Below are positions 39,465-49,462 of a stretch of DNA of 64,000 nucleotides, piece after piece. Position 1 is the first letter of the stretch, and every line of letters begins with the position of its first letter. Where the stretch lies: contig CBDCOH010000002.1 of the NCBI GenBank assembly GCA_965219685.1, positions 2,240,001 to 2,304,000 of the forward strand, given 5' to 3'. A program made the translations under genes and the position numbers. This DNA comes from Candidatus Spongiisociaceae bacterium. GTDB lineage: Bacteria; Actinomycetota; Acidimicrobiia; Spongiisociales; Spongiisociaceae. Below the pieces are notes generated by a model that saw only the letters and a list, made by a program, of their open reading frames with translations, made no database searches and was not told where the DNA came from.

Positions 39465-39492
39465 GGTTTTGGGTGCTAGGTGCTAGGTGCTT
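39465..39492 (+). repeat. heptamer tandem repeat (GGTGCTA)x~3-4
   Basis: After the LLM stop, between convergent genes. Confidence 0.7.
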
Positions 39493-39535
39493 ACTGTCGG
39501 GGTGATCGCTCCCTGCCGATCGCGATCGCTTGGGA

Positions 39536-40318
39536 TCAGCCCGCCGTCCACCCGTCCGCCAGCCACCCTCCGTCGACAACCACCGTCTCGCCGGTTATGT
39601 AGCTCGCCGAGTCTCCCGCCAGGAACAGCACCGCGTTGGCCGTCTCGGACGGGATGGCGAACCTCTTCATCACGATCTGGTCGCGGATCGACTCCAGCAG
39701 ATCACGGTTGGCCGGGTCGGTCCGGAGTTCGTGGTTCATCGAGGATTCGGTCCAGCCCGGGGCCACCGAGTTGGCCCGGATGCCGAACTCGGCCCACTCC
39801 ACCGCCATCACCTTGGTGAGCGCGATCACGCCGGCCTTGGCGGCCGAGTAGGCACCGATGCTGGCGAACGCCACCGGACCGGCGATCGAGGAGATGTTGA
39901 CGATCGAACCCGAACGCTGTTCGATCATCGAGGTGACCGCCGCCCGGGACATATAGAAGACCGACGACAGGTTGGCCTCGATCGCCACCCGCCATTCGTC
40001 CATGTCGAGGGTGTCCAGCCGGCTAAAGTTCTGGCGGCGGCCGGCGTTGTTGACCAGTATGTCGAGACCGCCGAGATCGGAACGCACCTGATCGAGGGCC
40101 GACACAGCCTGCTCGGGGTCGGTCACGTCACAGGTCACGGCCAAGTGGGTGCCGGCCTCACCCTCCAGCATGTCCACCGTACGCGCCAGGTCATCGGCGG
40201 TCCGTGCCAGGGCGGCCACCCGCGCGCCCTCCGCGGCGAACGCCTGCGCTATCCCCCGCCCGATCCCGCGGCTGGCGCCGGTAACCACCGCCACCTTGTC
40301 TCTCAGACCCAGGTCCAT
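39536..40318 (-). CDS. SDR-family oxidoreductase
   Basis: TGASRGIG, NNAG, YSAAK. Confidence 0.95.
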   Translation of the reverse strand: MDLGLRDKVAVVTGASRGIGRGIAQAFAAEGARVAALARTADDLARTVDMLEGEAGTHLAVTCDVTDPEQAVSALDQVRSDLGGLDILVNNAGRRQNFSRLDTLDMDEWRVAIEANLSSVFYMSRAAVTSMIEQRSGSIVNISSIAGPVAFASIGAYSAAKAGVIALTKVMAVEWAEFGIRANSVAPGWTESSMNHELRTDPANRDLLESIRDQIVMKRFAIPSETANAVLFLAGDSASYITGETVVVDGGWLADGWTAG

Positions 40319-40343
40319 CGGTTCGCTCCTTGCTCGGAAGTTG

Positions 40344-41180
40344 TCAGGTACTCAGTTGCCCGTACAGGTCGGGCCGGCGGTCGCGGAAGAAGCCCCAGTC
40401 GTTCCGGATGCCGGGGATGACCGACAGGTCGAGATCGGCGACCAGCACCTCGTCCTCTGTGTCACTCGCCTGCGAGATGATCCGCCCCTTGGGGTCCACC
40501 CACATCGACGATCCGTAGAAGTGCGACTCGGAACCTCCCTGGTCGACCCCGACCCGGTTGACGCCGCCCACGTAGTAGATGTTGTCCACCGCGTGGGCCT
40601 GGAGTTCGAGCTCCCACAGGTAGCGGCTCATGCCGGTGGTGGCCGTGGGCACGTAGACGATCTGGGCGCCGTTGAGGGCCAGCGTACGAGCCGCCTCGGG
40701 GAAGTGGCGGTCGTAGCAGATCAGGATCCCGATCGTCACGTCGAAGGGGGTCGGGAAGGTGATGAACCCGGTGTCGCCCGGAGCGAAGTAGTACTTCTCC
40801 ACCCCGGTCAGGGTGGGTACCGAAACGATCGGGATATGGCTCTTGCGGTAGACGCCGAGGAGGTCGCCGTCCGGTCCGATCACCGGGGCGCTGTTGTACA
40901 GGAGGCCGTCGAGCGCCTTCTCGTAGATCGGTGCGATCAGCACGATCCCCATCTCACGGGCCAGCTCGCGCATGCGTTCCATCGTGGGGCCGTCGATCGG
41001 TTCGGCCAGATCGAGATGGCGGGCGTTCATCTCGTAGGGGAAGTAAACGGTGTTGAACAACTCCTGGAGGCAGACGATCCGCGCCCCGCGGTCCGCCGCC
41101 TCACGGACCAGGTGCTCCGCCCTCTTGACGTTGCTGTCCGTGTCGTACTCCGTTCCCATCTGCACGAGTGCGGTTCTCAC
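40344..41180 (-). CDS. carbon-nitrogen hydrolase (beta-ureidopropionase/N-carbamoylase-like)
   Basis: LQELF, YRKSHIP, EKYYF, ICYDRHFPE. Confidence 0.9.
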   Translation of the reverse strand: MRTALVQMGTEYDTDSNVKRAEHLVREAADRGARIVCLQELFNTVYFPYEMNARHLDLAEPIDGPTMERMRELAREMGIVLIAPIYEKALDGLLYNSAPVIGPDGDLLGVYRKSHIPIVSVPTLTGVEKYYFAPGDTGFITFPTPFDVTIGILICYDRHFPEAARTLALNGAQIVYVPTATTGMSRYLWELELQAHAVDNIYYVGGVNRVGVDQGGSESHFYGSSMWVDPKGRIISQASDTEDEVLVADLDLSVIPGIRNDWGFFRDRRPDLYGQLST

Positions 41181-41223
41181 GATCGCGGATCTCCTTCCAT
41201 GGTGGTGTTCCTGGCCTCGCTCA

Positions 41224-42624
41224 TCAGGATACGAGGACCGAGCTGGACAGGGCGGCCGATTCGGCGCTCCTCACGAACGCCCCCACGGGACCGGCTGCCA
41301 CGTAGCGACCGTCCCGTACGATTACGCGGCCTCTCACCATCACGGCCGTGATGGCTCCCTGCAGCACGGTGCCCTCGTACGGGTTGTAGTCGCAGTTGGT
41401 GACCTGGGTCTCCAGTGAAAGGGTCGTGGTACCCGAAGGGTCGAAGACCACCAGGTCGGCGTCGGATCCGGGCGCGATCTCCCCCTTCCGGGGGTAGAGG
41501 CCGAACAGCTTCGCCGCGTTGGTGGAGGTGACCTCGACGAACCTGTTGAGCGAGATACGGCCCCCGGCGACCCCGTGGTGGTAGAGGAGGCCGACCCGCC
41601 ACTCGATGCCGGGAAGACCGTTGGGTATCTTGCTGAAGTCGTCCCTCCCCACCAGGCGCTGCTCGAAGAAGAAGGGGGCGTGGTCGGTTCCCACCGCCTG
41701 AAGGTCCCCTACCCTCAGGCCGTTCCACAGCGGATCGTGATGGTCCGACGAGCGGAGCGGCGGGGAGCAGACATAGTTGGCGCCCTGGAAGTCGGGCTCG
41801 GCGAGCTTCTCGTCGGTCAGCAGCAGGTAGTGGGGACAGGTCTCCGCATAGGCGCGCACGCCCCGGTCGCGCGCCTCGGCCATGGCCTGCACCGAACCGG
41901 CCGAGGACATGTGCACGACGTACAGAGGTACGCCGGCCATCTCGGCGAGCGCGATCCCCCGCCTGGTCGCCTCGTCCTCGGCGAGGGAAGGCCGGGTACG
42001 GGCATGGAACATCGGATCGGTGTCGCCCCTGGCCAGCGAGTCCTCGACCAGGGCATCGATGGCGTAGCCGTTCTCGCAGTGCAGCATGATGAACCCGCCG
42101 TTCTCCGCGCTGTACCGCATCGCCTTGAAGATGGCGCCGTCGTCGAGCATCCAGGCGTTGGGGTAGGCCATGAACAGCTTGAAGCTGGTGACACCCTCGT
42201 CGACCAGACCGTCGAGGGCGGGAAGCATGCGGTCGGGCAGGTCGGTGAGGATCTGGTGGAACGCGTAGTCCACGGCCGCTTTCCCCTCGGCCATCTCATG
42301 CCAGCGCATGAGCGAGGCGCGCGGGTCGGAGCCCTTCTCCTGGATCGCGAAGTCGACGATGGTCGTGGTGCCGCCCACCGCCGCTGCCCTCGTCCCCGTG
42401 TCGAAGTCATCGGATATCACCGTGCCCGCCACCGGGGTGTCGAGATGGGTGTGGGGATCGATCCCTCCCGGGAACACCAGATGGCCCGAGGCGTCGATGG
42501 TCTCGTCGGCCTCCGTACCCTCGAAGGACCCGATAGCGCGGATCCGCCCACCCTCGATGAGGATATCCGCCACGTAGTCCTGGGTGGCCGTGACGATACG
42601 GCCTGCCTCGACCAGTACAGTCAA
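41224..42624 (-). CDS. hydA: dihydropyrimidinase / hydantoinase
   Basis: PGGIDPHTH, SFKLFMAY, HCENG, ETCPHYL, GTDH. Confidence 0.93.
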   Translation of the reverse strand: MTVLVEAGRIVTATQDYVADILIEGGRIRAIGSFEGTEADETIDASGHLVFPGGIDPHTHLDTPVAGTVISDDFDTGTRAAAVGGTTTIVDFAIQEKGSDPRASLMRWHEMAEGKAAVDYAFHQILTDLPDRMLPALDGLVDEGVTSFKLFMAYPNAWMLDDGAIFKAMRYSAENGGFIMLHCENGYAIDALVEDSLARGDTDPMFHARTRPSLAEDEATRRGIALAEMAGVPLYVVHMSSAGSVQAMAEARDRGVRAYAETCPHYLLLTDEKLAEPDFQGANYVCSPPLRSSDHHDPLWNGLRVGDLQAVGTDHAPFFFEQRLVGRDDFSKIPNGLPGIEWRVGLLYHHGVAGGRISLNRFVEVTSTNAAKLFGLYPRKGEIAPGSDADLVVFDPSGTTTLSLETQVTNCDYNPYEGTVLQGAITAVMVRGRVIVRDGRYVAAGPVGAFVRSAESAALSSSVLVS

Positions 42625-42636
42625 CTCCGGTCCTCT

Positions 42637-42990
42637 CTACGCCCTCGCAATGGCAGGAACGAGCCGGCCATGAAGCGGGTCCACCGCCAAGCACAGTCCT
42701 TCCAACGTGTAAGCGCCGAGGAGAGGATCGGTGTCCTCCTCGCCGAACACCACGAGAGTCACCTCGGTGCGCCCGCCGATGGAAGCCATAGCGCGCCCCA
42801 TGTCATACTCGACAAGGCGCCCGTCCGCCAGTTCGAGTGTCACCTTCTGGGCAGGCGACACTCCTAACCCATACAACAGGTCGGCGGGCACCATCGTGAA
42901 GGAGGCGCCGGTGTCTACCAGCGCCTCGATCTCCAGGGACCGCTCACCATCCATGCTGCTGAGCCGTACAGGCCGACTGAATACTCCCAT
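42637..42990 (-). CDS. clan AA (retropepsin-like) aspartic protease
   Basis: ALVDTGA and LLGAYTLE motifs, 117 aa. Confidence 0.85.
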   Translation of the reverse strand: MGVFSRPVRLSSMDGERSLEIEALVDTGASFTMVPADLLYGLGVSPAQKVTLELADGRLVEYDMGRAMASIGGRTEVTLVVFGEEDTDPLLGAYTLEGLCLAVDPLHGRLVPAIARA

Positions 42991-43079
42991 CTCTCTTCAT
43001 CTCCCGATCTGGTCTTCTACTTGGTATCACCGCCTCGTTATGCCACAAGGCACGACGGGTTTCAATACCCTTGCAGAAG

Positions 43080-43119
43080 GCCACTAGCCACTAGCCACCA
43101 GCCATAAGCGAAGCCACTA
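43080..43119 (-). repeat. degenerate heptamer repeat (GCCACTA)x~5
   Basis: Includes the stop of the molybdopterin-subunit gene. Confidence 0.7.
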
Positions 43120-45492
43120 GCCGCCAGCCCGGTCGATCAGCGTCCACAACCGGCTCGGTGTGACCGGCGTCTGGTCCACCTCGACGCCGAGATGGGAGAG
43201 TGCGTCGGTCACCGCGTTGGCCAGCGCCGCACCCGACGGGAAGCACCCTGCCTCCCCCATCCCCTTGAATCCGCCCTCGGTGTGAGGCGACGGCGTTACC
43301 AGGTGATGTATCTCGAAGTCCGGCAGATCGGTGAACGACGGCAGCAGGTAGTCCATCAGGGTCGAGGACAGGAGCTGTCCCGTCTCGTCGTCGTAGACGA
43401 ACTCCTCGAGCATCGCCCCACCTAGGCCCTGGGCGAGAGCGCCGTGGATCTGGCCCTCGACCAGCAGCGGGTTGATGATCGTCCCGCAGTCGTCCACCAC
43501 CACGTACTTCACCCAGTCGATCTTCCCCGTGTCCGCGTCGACGTCCACCACCGCCACATGCGTGCCGAAGGCGGTGGTGAAGTTCGCCGGGTCGTAGACG
43601 TAGCTCGCCTCCAGGCCCGGCTGGTCGCCTTCCGGGATATGGTGGGCCCAGTAGGCCTGCTGGGCGACCTCCGCCAGGGTGAGGGACCGCATCTCCTCGG
43701 CGCCCTTGACCGATATCCGGCCGTCGCTGTAGGCGACATCCTCCGGATCGGCCTCGAGGAGCCCGGCTCCAAGGCGCACCGCCTTGGCCTTTATCTCCTC
43801 GATGGCCTTGATCACGGCCACGGCAGCCACGTTCGAGCGGCTCCCGGCCGAACCGAAGCCCGTGTAGGGAGTCTGGTCCGTGTCTCCCCAGACGACCCTC
43901 ACGTTGGAGATGTCGATTTCCAACTGGTCCGCCGCCACCTGGGCCAGGGTCGTCTCGGTGCCCTGTCCCATGGGAATCATCCCCGTGTAGAGGGTTGCCC
44001 TGCCGTGGGGATCGATCTTGACCGTGGAGCCCTCGTAACCACCGGTGTAGTAGTCGAGGAACCCGAGGATGGCCGACGGCCCGAATCCGGAAACATGTAT
44101 GTAGGAGGCGATCCCGATCCCGCGGAGCACGCCCTGGTCGCGGAGGTCCTGCTGGGACTCCCGCAGACCGTCGTAGTCGACTGCTTCGAGGGCCTTCTCC
44201 AGCGCCTCCGGGTAGCTACCGCTGTCGTACACGGCGCCGGCCGGACTGAAGTACGGGAACTCGTCCGCCCCGATCATGTTCCGGCGCCGGAGTTCGGCGG
44301 GGTCGATCCCGAGTTGGCGGGCGGTCTTGTCCATCATCCGCTCGATGCCGAAGATCCCCTCGGGGCCTCCGAAGCCGCGGAAGGTGCTGTTGGGCGTCTT
44401 GTTGGTGGCGACGCCCACCACGTCACAGTGGTAGTTGGCGAACTTGTACTGGTTGATGGCCGCGGCGCCGGTCACCCAAGCAGGTCCGATACCGACGCTG
44501 TGCAGGTGAGCGCCCTGATCGCTGAGCACCCGTCCCTTCACGCCGAGGATCGTCCCGTCGGCCTTGGCGGCTACCTGCCACTCCTGGAGTTGCTCCCGCC
44601 CGTGGACGGTGGCCTGTAGGGCTTCCCGGCGGTCCTCGATCCACTTGACCGGCCGGCCGAGCTTCATCGAAGCAAGAGAAACGAGTATATCCTCGGGATA
44701 CCGGTCCCACTTGTTGCCGAAGGCGCCACCGATGTTGGGCGTGAGGATCCTGACCGAAGTCTCCGGGATGCCGAGGGCCGCTGCGAGCTCCGTGCGGAGC
44801 AGGCTGGCCACCTGGCTCTCCGAGTGGAGGGTCAGGGTCTGGCGGAGGTCGTCCCATTCGGCTACCAACCCCCTGGTCTCCAGTGGGACCCCGGAGTAGC
44901 GGCCTACCTTGAGGCGTCCGGACACGATCTCGTCGGCCTCGGCGAAGGCGCCCTCGACGTCACCGGCCACCCCCAGGGCGTTGATCCCGGGGAAGGTGTA
45001 CTCGATGATCGTGTTGTCACCCATGTCCTCGTTTATGACCGGTGCGCCGTCGGCCAGGGCGGCCTCGACGTCCACAACATGGTCGAGCACGTCGTAGTCC
45101 ACGTCGATCAGGTCGAGCGCGTCCTCGGCGATGTATCGGGAGTCCGCAACCACCGCCGCCACCGGCTCCCCTACGTAGCGGGCCTTGCCGGGCGCCAGGG
45201 CGGGAGTGTTGGACTCCTTCTGCCCGGGCAGGCGCCAGATGGTCGGGAACGCCCCGATCCCTTCGAGGCTGTCAGCGGTCAGGACGCAATGGACACCGTC
45301 GAGCGCCTCCGCCGCCGAGGTGTCGATCTCGGCTATCCGGGCGTGGGCGAACGGACTGCGGAGGACGGCCATGTGAAGGGTTCCGGCCGGCTCGATGTCG
45401 GCGATGAAACGGCCCCGGCCTCGGATCAGCGGAGCGTCCTCCCGGCGCGGCGCCGAAACTCCGATCCAGCGAGTCTCCTGCGTAGTGGTCAT
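43117..45492 (-). CDS. xanthine dehydrogenase-family molybdopterin-binding subunit
   Basis: GGAFGNK, FRGFG, GQG..T, QIHG...QG, KGMGE. Confidence 0.93.
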   Translation of the reverse strand: MTTTQETRWIGVSAPRREDAPLIRGRGRFIADIEPAGTLHMAVLRSPFAHARIAEIDTSAAEALDGVHCVLTADSLEGIGAFPTIWRLPGQKESNTPALAPGKARYVGEPVAAVVADSRYIAEDALDLIDVDYDVLDHVVDVEAALADGAPVINEDMGDNTIIEYTFPGINALGVAGDVEGAFAEADEIVSGRLKVGRYSGVPLETRGLVAEWDDLRQTLTLHSESQVASLLRTELAAALGIPETSVRILTPNIGGAFGNKWDRYPEDILVSLASMKLGRPVKWIEDRREALQATVHGREQLQEWQVAAKADGTILGVKGRVLSDQGAHLHSVGIGPAWVTGAAAINQYKFANYHCDVVGVATNKTPNSTFRGFGGPEGIFGIERMMDKTARQLGIDPAELRRRNMIGADEFPYFSPAGAVYDSGSYPEALEKALEAVDYDGLRESQQDLRDQGVLRGIGIASYIHVSGFGPSAILGFLDYYTGGYEGSTVKIDPHGRATLYTGMIPMGQGTETTLAQVAADQLEIDISNVRVVWGDTDQTPYTGFGSAGSRSNVAAVAVIKAIEEIKAKAVRLGAGLLEADPEDVAYSDGRISVKGAEEMRSLTLAEVAQQAYWAHHIPEGDQPGLEASYVYDPANFTTAFGTHVAVVDVDADTGKIDWVKYVVVDDCGTIINPLLVEGQIHGALAQGLGGAMLEEFVYDDETGQLLSSTLMDYLLPSFTDLPDFEIHHLVTPSPHTEGGFKGMGEAGCFPSGAALANAVTDALSHLGVEVDQTPVTPSRLWTLIDRAGG

Positions 45493-45995
45493 GCGCCACC
45501 CCCTTCGTTGGACATCTCAGCAGCGGCAGCCTGGACCGACTCGACGATCTTCTGGTAGCCGGTGCACCGGCAGATGTTGCCGCCCATCTCCTCTCGTATC
45601 TCCTGCGGGCTGGGGTCCGGGTTCCTCGACAGCACGTCGATCCCGGCCAGGATCATCCCCGGAGTGCAGAAACCGCACTGCAGACCGTGGTACTCGGAGA
45701 AGGCCGTCTGCATCGGATGGAGGCCGTCTGCCGAGCCGATCCCCTCGATCGTGGTGATCTGGGATCCCTCGGCCTGCACGGCGAAGAGGAGACAGGACCG
45801 GACCACTTCGCCGTCGAGCAGGATGGTGCATGCCCCACACACCCCGTGCTCGCAACCGAGATGGGTACCGGTGAGTCCCAGATCCTCCCGGATCGTGTCG
45901 GCGAGGGTCTTGCGCGGCTCTACCGAGACCGCCCTGCTCGCACCGTTGACGTCGAGTACGACGCTCGTCGTTTCAGCCATTTCCGCCTCCTGCAT
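45489..45995 (-). CDS. 2Fe-2S subunit of the molybdenum hydroxylase
   Basis: CEHGVCGAC, QCGFC, CRCTGY. Confidence 0.95.
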   Translation of the reverse strand: MQEAEMAETTSVVLDVNGASRAVSVEPRKTLADTIREDLGLTGTHLGCEHGVCGACTILLDGEVVRSCLLFAVQAEGSQITTIEGIGSADGLHPMQTAFSEYHGLQCGFCTPGMILAGIDVLSRNPDPSPQEIREEMGGNICRCTGYQKIVESVQAAAAEMSNEGGGA

Positions 45996-46845
45996 TCCCG
46001 GCCGCCTCTGCGAGGGCTCGCACCGTCAGTACGTTGACCAGGTGACTCCTGTACTCGGCCGTTCCGTGCACATCCGATGTGGTCGGGAAGTCCCCGGCAG
46101 CAGCCGCTCCGGCCGCCGCGAACGCTCCATCGCCTGCCTCGGCGCCTACCAGAGCGGCTTCCGCCGCGGGGAGGCGCGTGGCATGGGTCCCACCGAACGC
46201 CCCCAGGGCCGCATGCGTGATGGTCGACCCGTCGGTGGAGATCACCGCCGCCACACCGGCCAGCGCGAAGTCGCCGTGACGGCGAGCGAACTCCTGGAAT
46301 CCGAAGCCGCTCGACGCTGGCGCCGGCGGTATGCGGATCTCGGTCAGCAGTTCGGTGTCGCCCAGGGTCGTGTCGAACAGGCGGTCCTCGATCAGGTCCT
46401 GCATCCCCACGACCCGCTCGCCGCCGGCTGACTGCGCCGTCACCTCTGCGTCGAGGGCCATCAGCAGAGCCGGGAGCTCCGCCGCCGGGTCGTTGTGGGC
46501 CAGCGAGCCGCCGACCGTCCCGCGGTTGCGGATCGCCCGGTGCCCGATGAACGAGACTGCTTTGGTGATCACGGGATGGGCGCCCGCCACCTCGGCCGAC
46601 TCGCCCACCGCCGTCAGCCGGGTCATAGCACCGATCCTCAGCGATCCGTTGGCCGAGATGTACGAGAGCGAGTCGATCCCGTTTATGTCGACGAGGTGGG
46701 CAGGCCTGGCCAATCTGAAGTTGAGCATCGGGACGAGGCTCTGGCCGCCGGCGAGGATCTTGGCCTCCGATCCATGCTCAGCCAGAACATCTAGGGCCTC
46801 GGCAAGGCTCTCCGGCGCCGAGTAGGCAAATACCGCGGGTTTCAC
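45973..46845 (-). CDS. FAD-binding subunit of the molybdenum hydroxylase
   Basis: AGGQSL, IRNRGTVGGS, RRHGDFA. Confidence 0.95.
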   Translation of the reverse strand: MKPAVFAYSAPESLAEALDVLAEHGSEAKILAGGQSLVPMLNFRLARPAHLVDINGIDSLSYISANGSLRIGAMTRLTAVGESAEVAGAHPVITKAVSFIGHRAIRNRGTVGGSLAHNDPAAELPALLMALDAEVTAQSAGGERVVGMQDLIEDRLFDTTLGDTELLTEIRIPPAPASSGFGFQEFARRHGDFALAGVAAVISTDGSTITHAALGAFGGTHATRLPAAEAALVGAEAGDGAFAAAGAAAAGDFPTTSDVHGTAEYRSHLVNVLTVRALAEAAGNAGGGNG

Positions 46846-47322
46846 TGGTCGATCACCTCCTGCACGGCGGTGTCCGACCGCGGACTCATGGCATCCCGCC
46901 GCCCACCGATACTAGACACCTGCCTGTTCGCTCGGGTGATGAGCCGGCGACTGGAGACAGTAGACACCCGTTGGACACCGCATGAGGAGCATCCCCGTCC
47001 GGGCAGACTCTGACCATCTCTTTTCGAGACCTGGGCGTTCAATTCCTGGTCTTTAGTTGGTAGTTGTTTGTCGGAGATCGATGGTGGGCATCAGATCGCA
47101 TCGGTTTCCGCTTTGGAAGGGGTTGTCCGAGTTCACGCGGCGCTGAGAGGGGTACCTCGCCGACCGAAAAGATCGGGGACCCCTCGGAAACAGAGCAGCC
47201 ATACTCGGGTTACGGCTGTCTTGGCATCGTTGTGTAGCGGTGATTCAGTGCGATTCGCTTCGGTCGGATGGCTCGGGACTACTCGTCTAGAGTCCCCACT
47301 AGGACGGAATCACGGAAACAGC

Positions 47323-48780
47323 ATGACCCCAACGCTGAGAGATCAATCCACTCCTGACGGACTGCTCGTGGTGGTCAAGGAGGACTGCGAGACCTGCCAT
47401 CTCGTGTTACCGGTCCTCGACGAATTGGCGGCGTCCCGCCGGAGCCTCACGCTGGTTTCCCAGGATCGACCGGACTTCCCGCCGGGCTTCGGAGTGATCC
47501 ACGACCGTGATCTGGACATTTCATGGTCGCTCGGAACCGAGACCACCCCCACGGTGTACCGGATCGAACAGGGGGAGGTGGTCGACCAGGAGGCAGGGTG
47601 GCTGAGGTCCGGATGGGAGAGGGTCACCGGCATCCCGGATCTGGCGCCCGGCCTTCCCGACCAGCGGCCGGGATGCGGTTCGGACACCCAGTTGCCCGAA
47701 GTCCGCCAGAGACTCCTCGCCCGGCACTCAGCACACCTGCTTTCCTCCCGCCGGGTGGAATTGGGCGACTCCGAGGACCCCATCGAAGCTGCCTTCGCGC
47801 GCGGATGGACGGACGGGTTGCCGGTCGTACCTCCCACCGAGGAACGCGTGGCCAGGATGCTGGAGGGAACCGGTCGCGCCCCCGACGAGGTGATTTGCAT
47901 CCTCCCGCCGGACCTGGCGGAATGCACCGTGGAGAAGGTGGCGGTCAACGCGGTGATGGCCGGCTGCCTGCCCGAGTATCTGCCGGTGGTCCTGGCGGCG
48001 GTCGAGACAGCGGCCGGGCGCCGGTTCAACATCCACGGTATTTCCGCAACGACCTACTTCACGGGTCCGGTCCTCGTCGTGAACGGCCCGATCAGGGAAC
48101 GGATCGGCATGAACTCGGGCATCAACGTCCTGGGCCAGGGCAACCGGGCGAACTCGACCATCGGGCGGGCCTTCAACCTGGTGGTGCGCAACGTCGGGGG
48201 CGCCCTCCCCGGCGGGGTGGACCAGGCCACGCTGGGAAGCCCCGGCAAACTCTCCTTCTGCTTCCCAGAAGACGAGGAGGGATCACCCTGGGAGTCCCTG
48301 GCCGTGGAGCGGGGCTTCACCAGCGAGGACTCCACCGTCACCCTTTTCGCGGGTCACGGGCCGATCGAGATCATCGACCAGAAGGCTCGCGATCCGGAGT
48401 CGCTTGCCGGAACGTACGCGTTGCAACTCCGCATGATCGGCCACCCCAAGCTGGCCCGCATGGCGGCTGCGATCGTGGTGGTCTCCCCCGAGCACGCCGG
48501 GATATTCCACCGAGCCGGATGGTCGAAGGCCCGCCTGCGGGAGGAGGTCTCGTCGCTTCTCACCATCCCCGCGGACTCGATGGTGGCCGGAGCCGGCGGG
48601 GTCGCCGAGGGTATTCCTCCCTCGGTGGCCGCCAAGACGCGGACAGTGTCGAAGTTTGCCCCCGATAGCCTGTGGTTCGTCCATGCCGGGGGCGACGCCG
48701 GGATGTTCTCGGCGATAATCTCGGGATGGATCGGCGGAGCGGCCAGCTCGCAGATGACGACGACCCGAATCGAGACCTAG
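47323..48780 (+). CDS. thioredoxin-like CxxC domain fused to the conserved UGSC-partner domain
   Basis: KEDCETC, RPGCGS, GWTDGLPVVPPT, NAVMAGC, RANSTIGRA. Confidence 0.8.
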   Translation: MTPTLRDQSTPDGLLVVVKEDCETCHLVLPVLDELAASRRSLTLVSQDRPDFPPGFGVIHDRDLDISWSLGTETTPTVYRIEQGEVVDQEAGWLRSGWERVTGIPDLAPGLPDQRPGCGSDTQLPEVRQRLLARHSAHLLSSRRVELGDSEDPIEAAFARGWTDGLPVVPPTEERVARMLEGTGRAPDEVICILPPDLAECTVEKVAVNAVMAGCLPEYLPVVLAAVETAAGRRFNIHGISATTYFTGPVLVVNGPIRERIGMNSGINVLGQGNRANSTIGRAFNLVVRNVGGALPGGVDQATLGSPGKLSFCFPEDEEGSPWESLAVERGFTSEDSTVTLFAGHGPIEIIDQKARDPESLAGTYALQLRMIGHPKLARMAAAIVVVSPEHAGIFHRAGWSKARLREEVSSLLTIPADSMVAGAGGVAEGIPPSVAAKTRTVSKFAPDSLWFVHAGGDAGMFSAIISGWIGGAASSQMTTTRIET

Positions 48781-48801
48781 GCGACCACCGGAGAGGTACA
48801 G

Positions 48802-49320
48802 ATGACCATCTTGTTGGATCCGACCAGCGAACGAGCCGTGTCGGAGCGGCGACTGAGTCCTAGACTGCCCGACCTCGCCAACTCGACGATTGCCCTGCTG
48901 GACATCTCCAAACCCAGGGGGGATGTGTTCATCGGACGGTTGGAACAGTTGCTCGTGGAACGGGGAGCGATCCTCAGGCACTACCGCAAGCCCACCTTCT
49001 CGAAACCGGCGCCTCGCGACCTCCGCCGGCAGATCGCCGCCGAGTGCGGAGCCGTCATCGAAGCCCTCGCCGACTGAGGATCGTGCGCGTCGTGCAGTGT
49101 GCACGACATCGTCGACCTGGAGGACCGGGGCGTGCCGGGGGTGTTCGTGGCCTCCGACCGATTCGCCCAAGCAGCCGACGCCCAGGGCGAGTCCCTGGGG
49201 ATGCACCCGCACCGCGTCCTGACCTCTCACCCCATCCAGGACCGCACCGACGAGGAGATGCGAGCCCTGGCCGAGGCCGCCTTCCCAGACATTCTCGCCG
49301 CCCTTACGCCTGAGGATTAG
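48802..49320 (+). CDS. UGSC-family selenoprotein (in-frame TGA at 49075-49077)
   Basis: Two in-frame ORFs joined as EALAD-U-GSCASCSVHD; hairpin follows the TGA. Confidence 0.85.
49078..49107 (+). promoter_or_regulatory. candidate bacterial SECIS element
   Basis: GTCGTGCA-GTG-TGCACGAC stem-loop beginning after an 11-nt gap from the TGA. Confidence 0.7.
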
Positions 49321-49326
49321 TTGCTC

Positions 49327-49361
49327 GGTGTCAGGTGTCAGGTGTCAGGTGTCAGGTGTCA
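49327..49361 (+). repeat. heptamer tandem repeat (GGTGTCA)x5
   Basis: Starts 6 nt after the selenoprotein stop. Confidence 0.95.
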
Positions 49362-49462
49362 GGTTAGGTAATTTTCAGTGTTTAACGTCAACGTGGATAC
49401 TTTGTCGTTCTCAGTGGTGCTGGCCACGCCCTACCTCGACTACTCATCCGGCTAGACCGCGG

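Noticed and set aside
43117-46845. Aerobic CO dehydrogenase coxMSL
   Set aside because: Active-site loop is TFRGFGG rather than AYxCSFR or AYRGAGR
46913-46979. Three TRGACACC direct repeats upstream of the Mo-hydroxylase operon
   Set aside because: Short, irregularly spaced and no cognate regulator adjacent; may be chance
47054-47074. Additional heptamer array TAGTTGG TAGTTGT
   Set aside because: Only two good copies; too weak to list as a feature
48802-49320. Pseudogene or two separate small genes
   Set aside because: The TGA sits in the UGSC motif and is followed by a SECIS-like hairpin, so recoding is more likely
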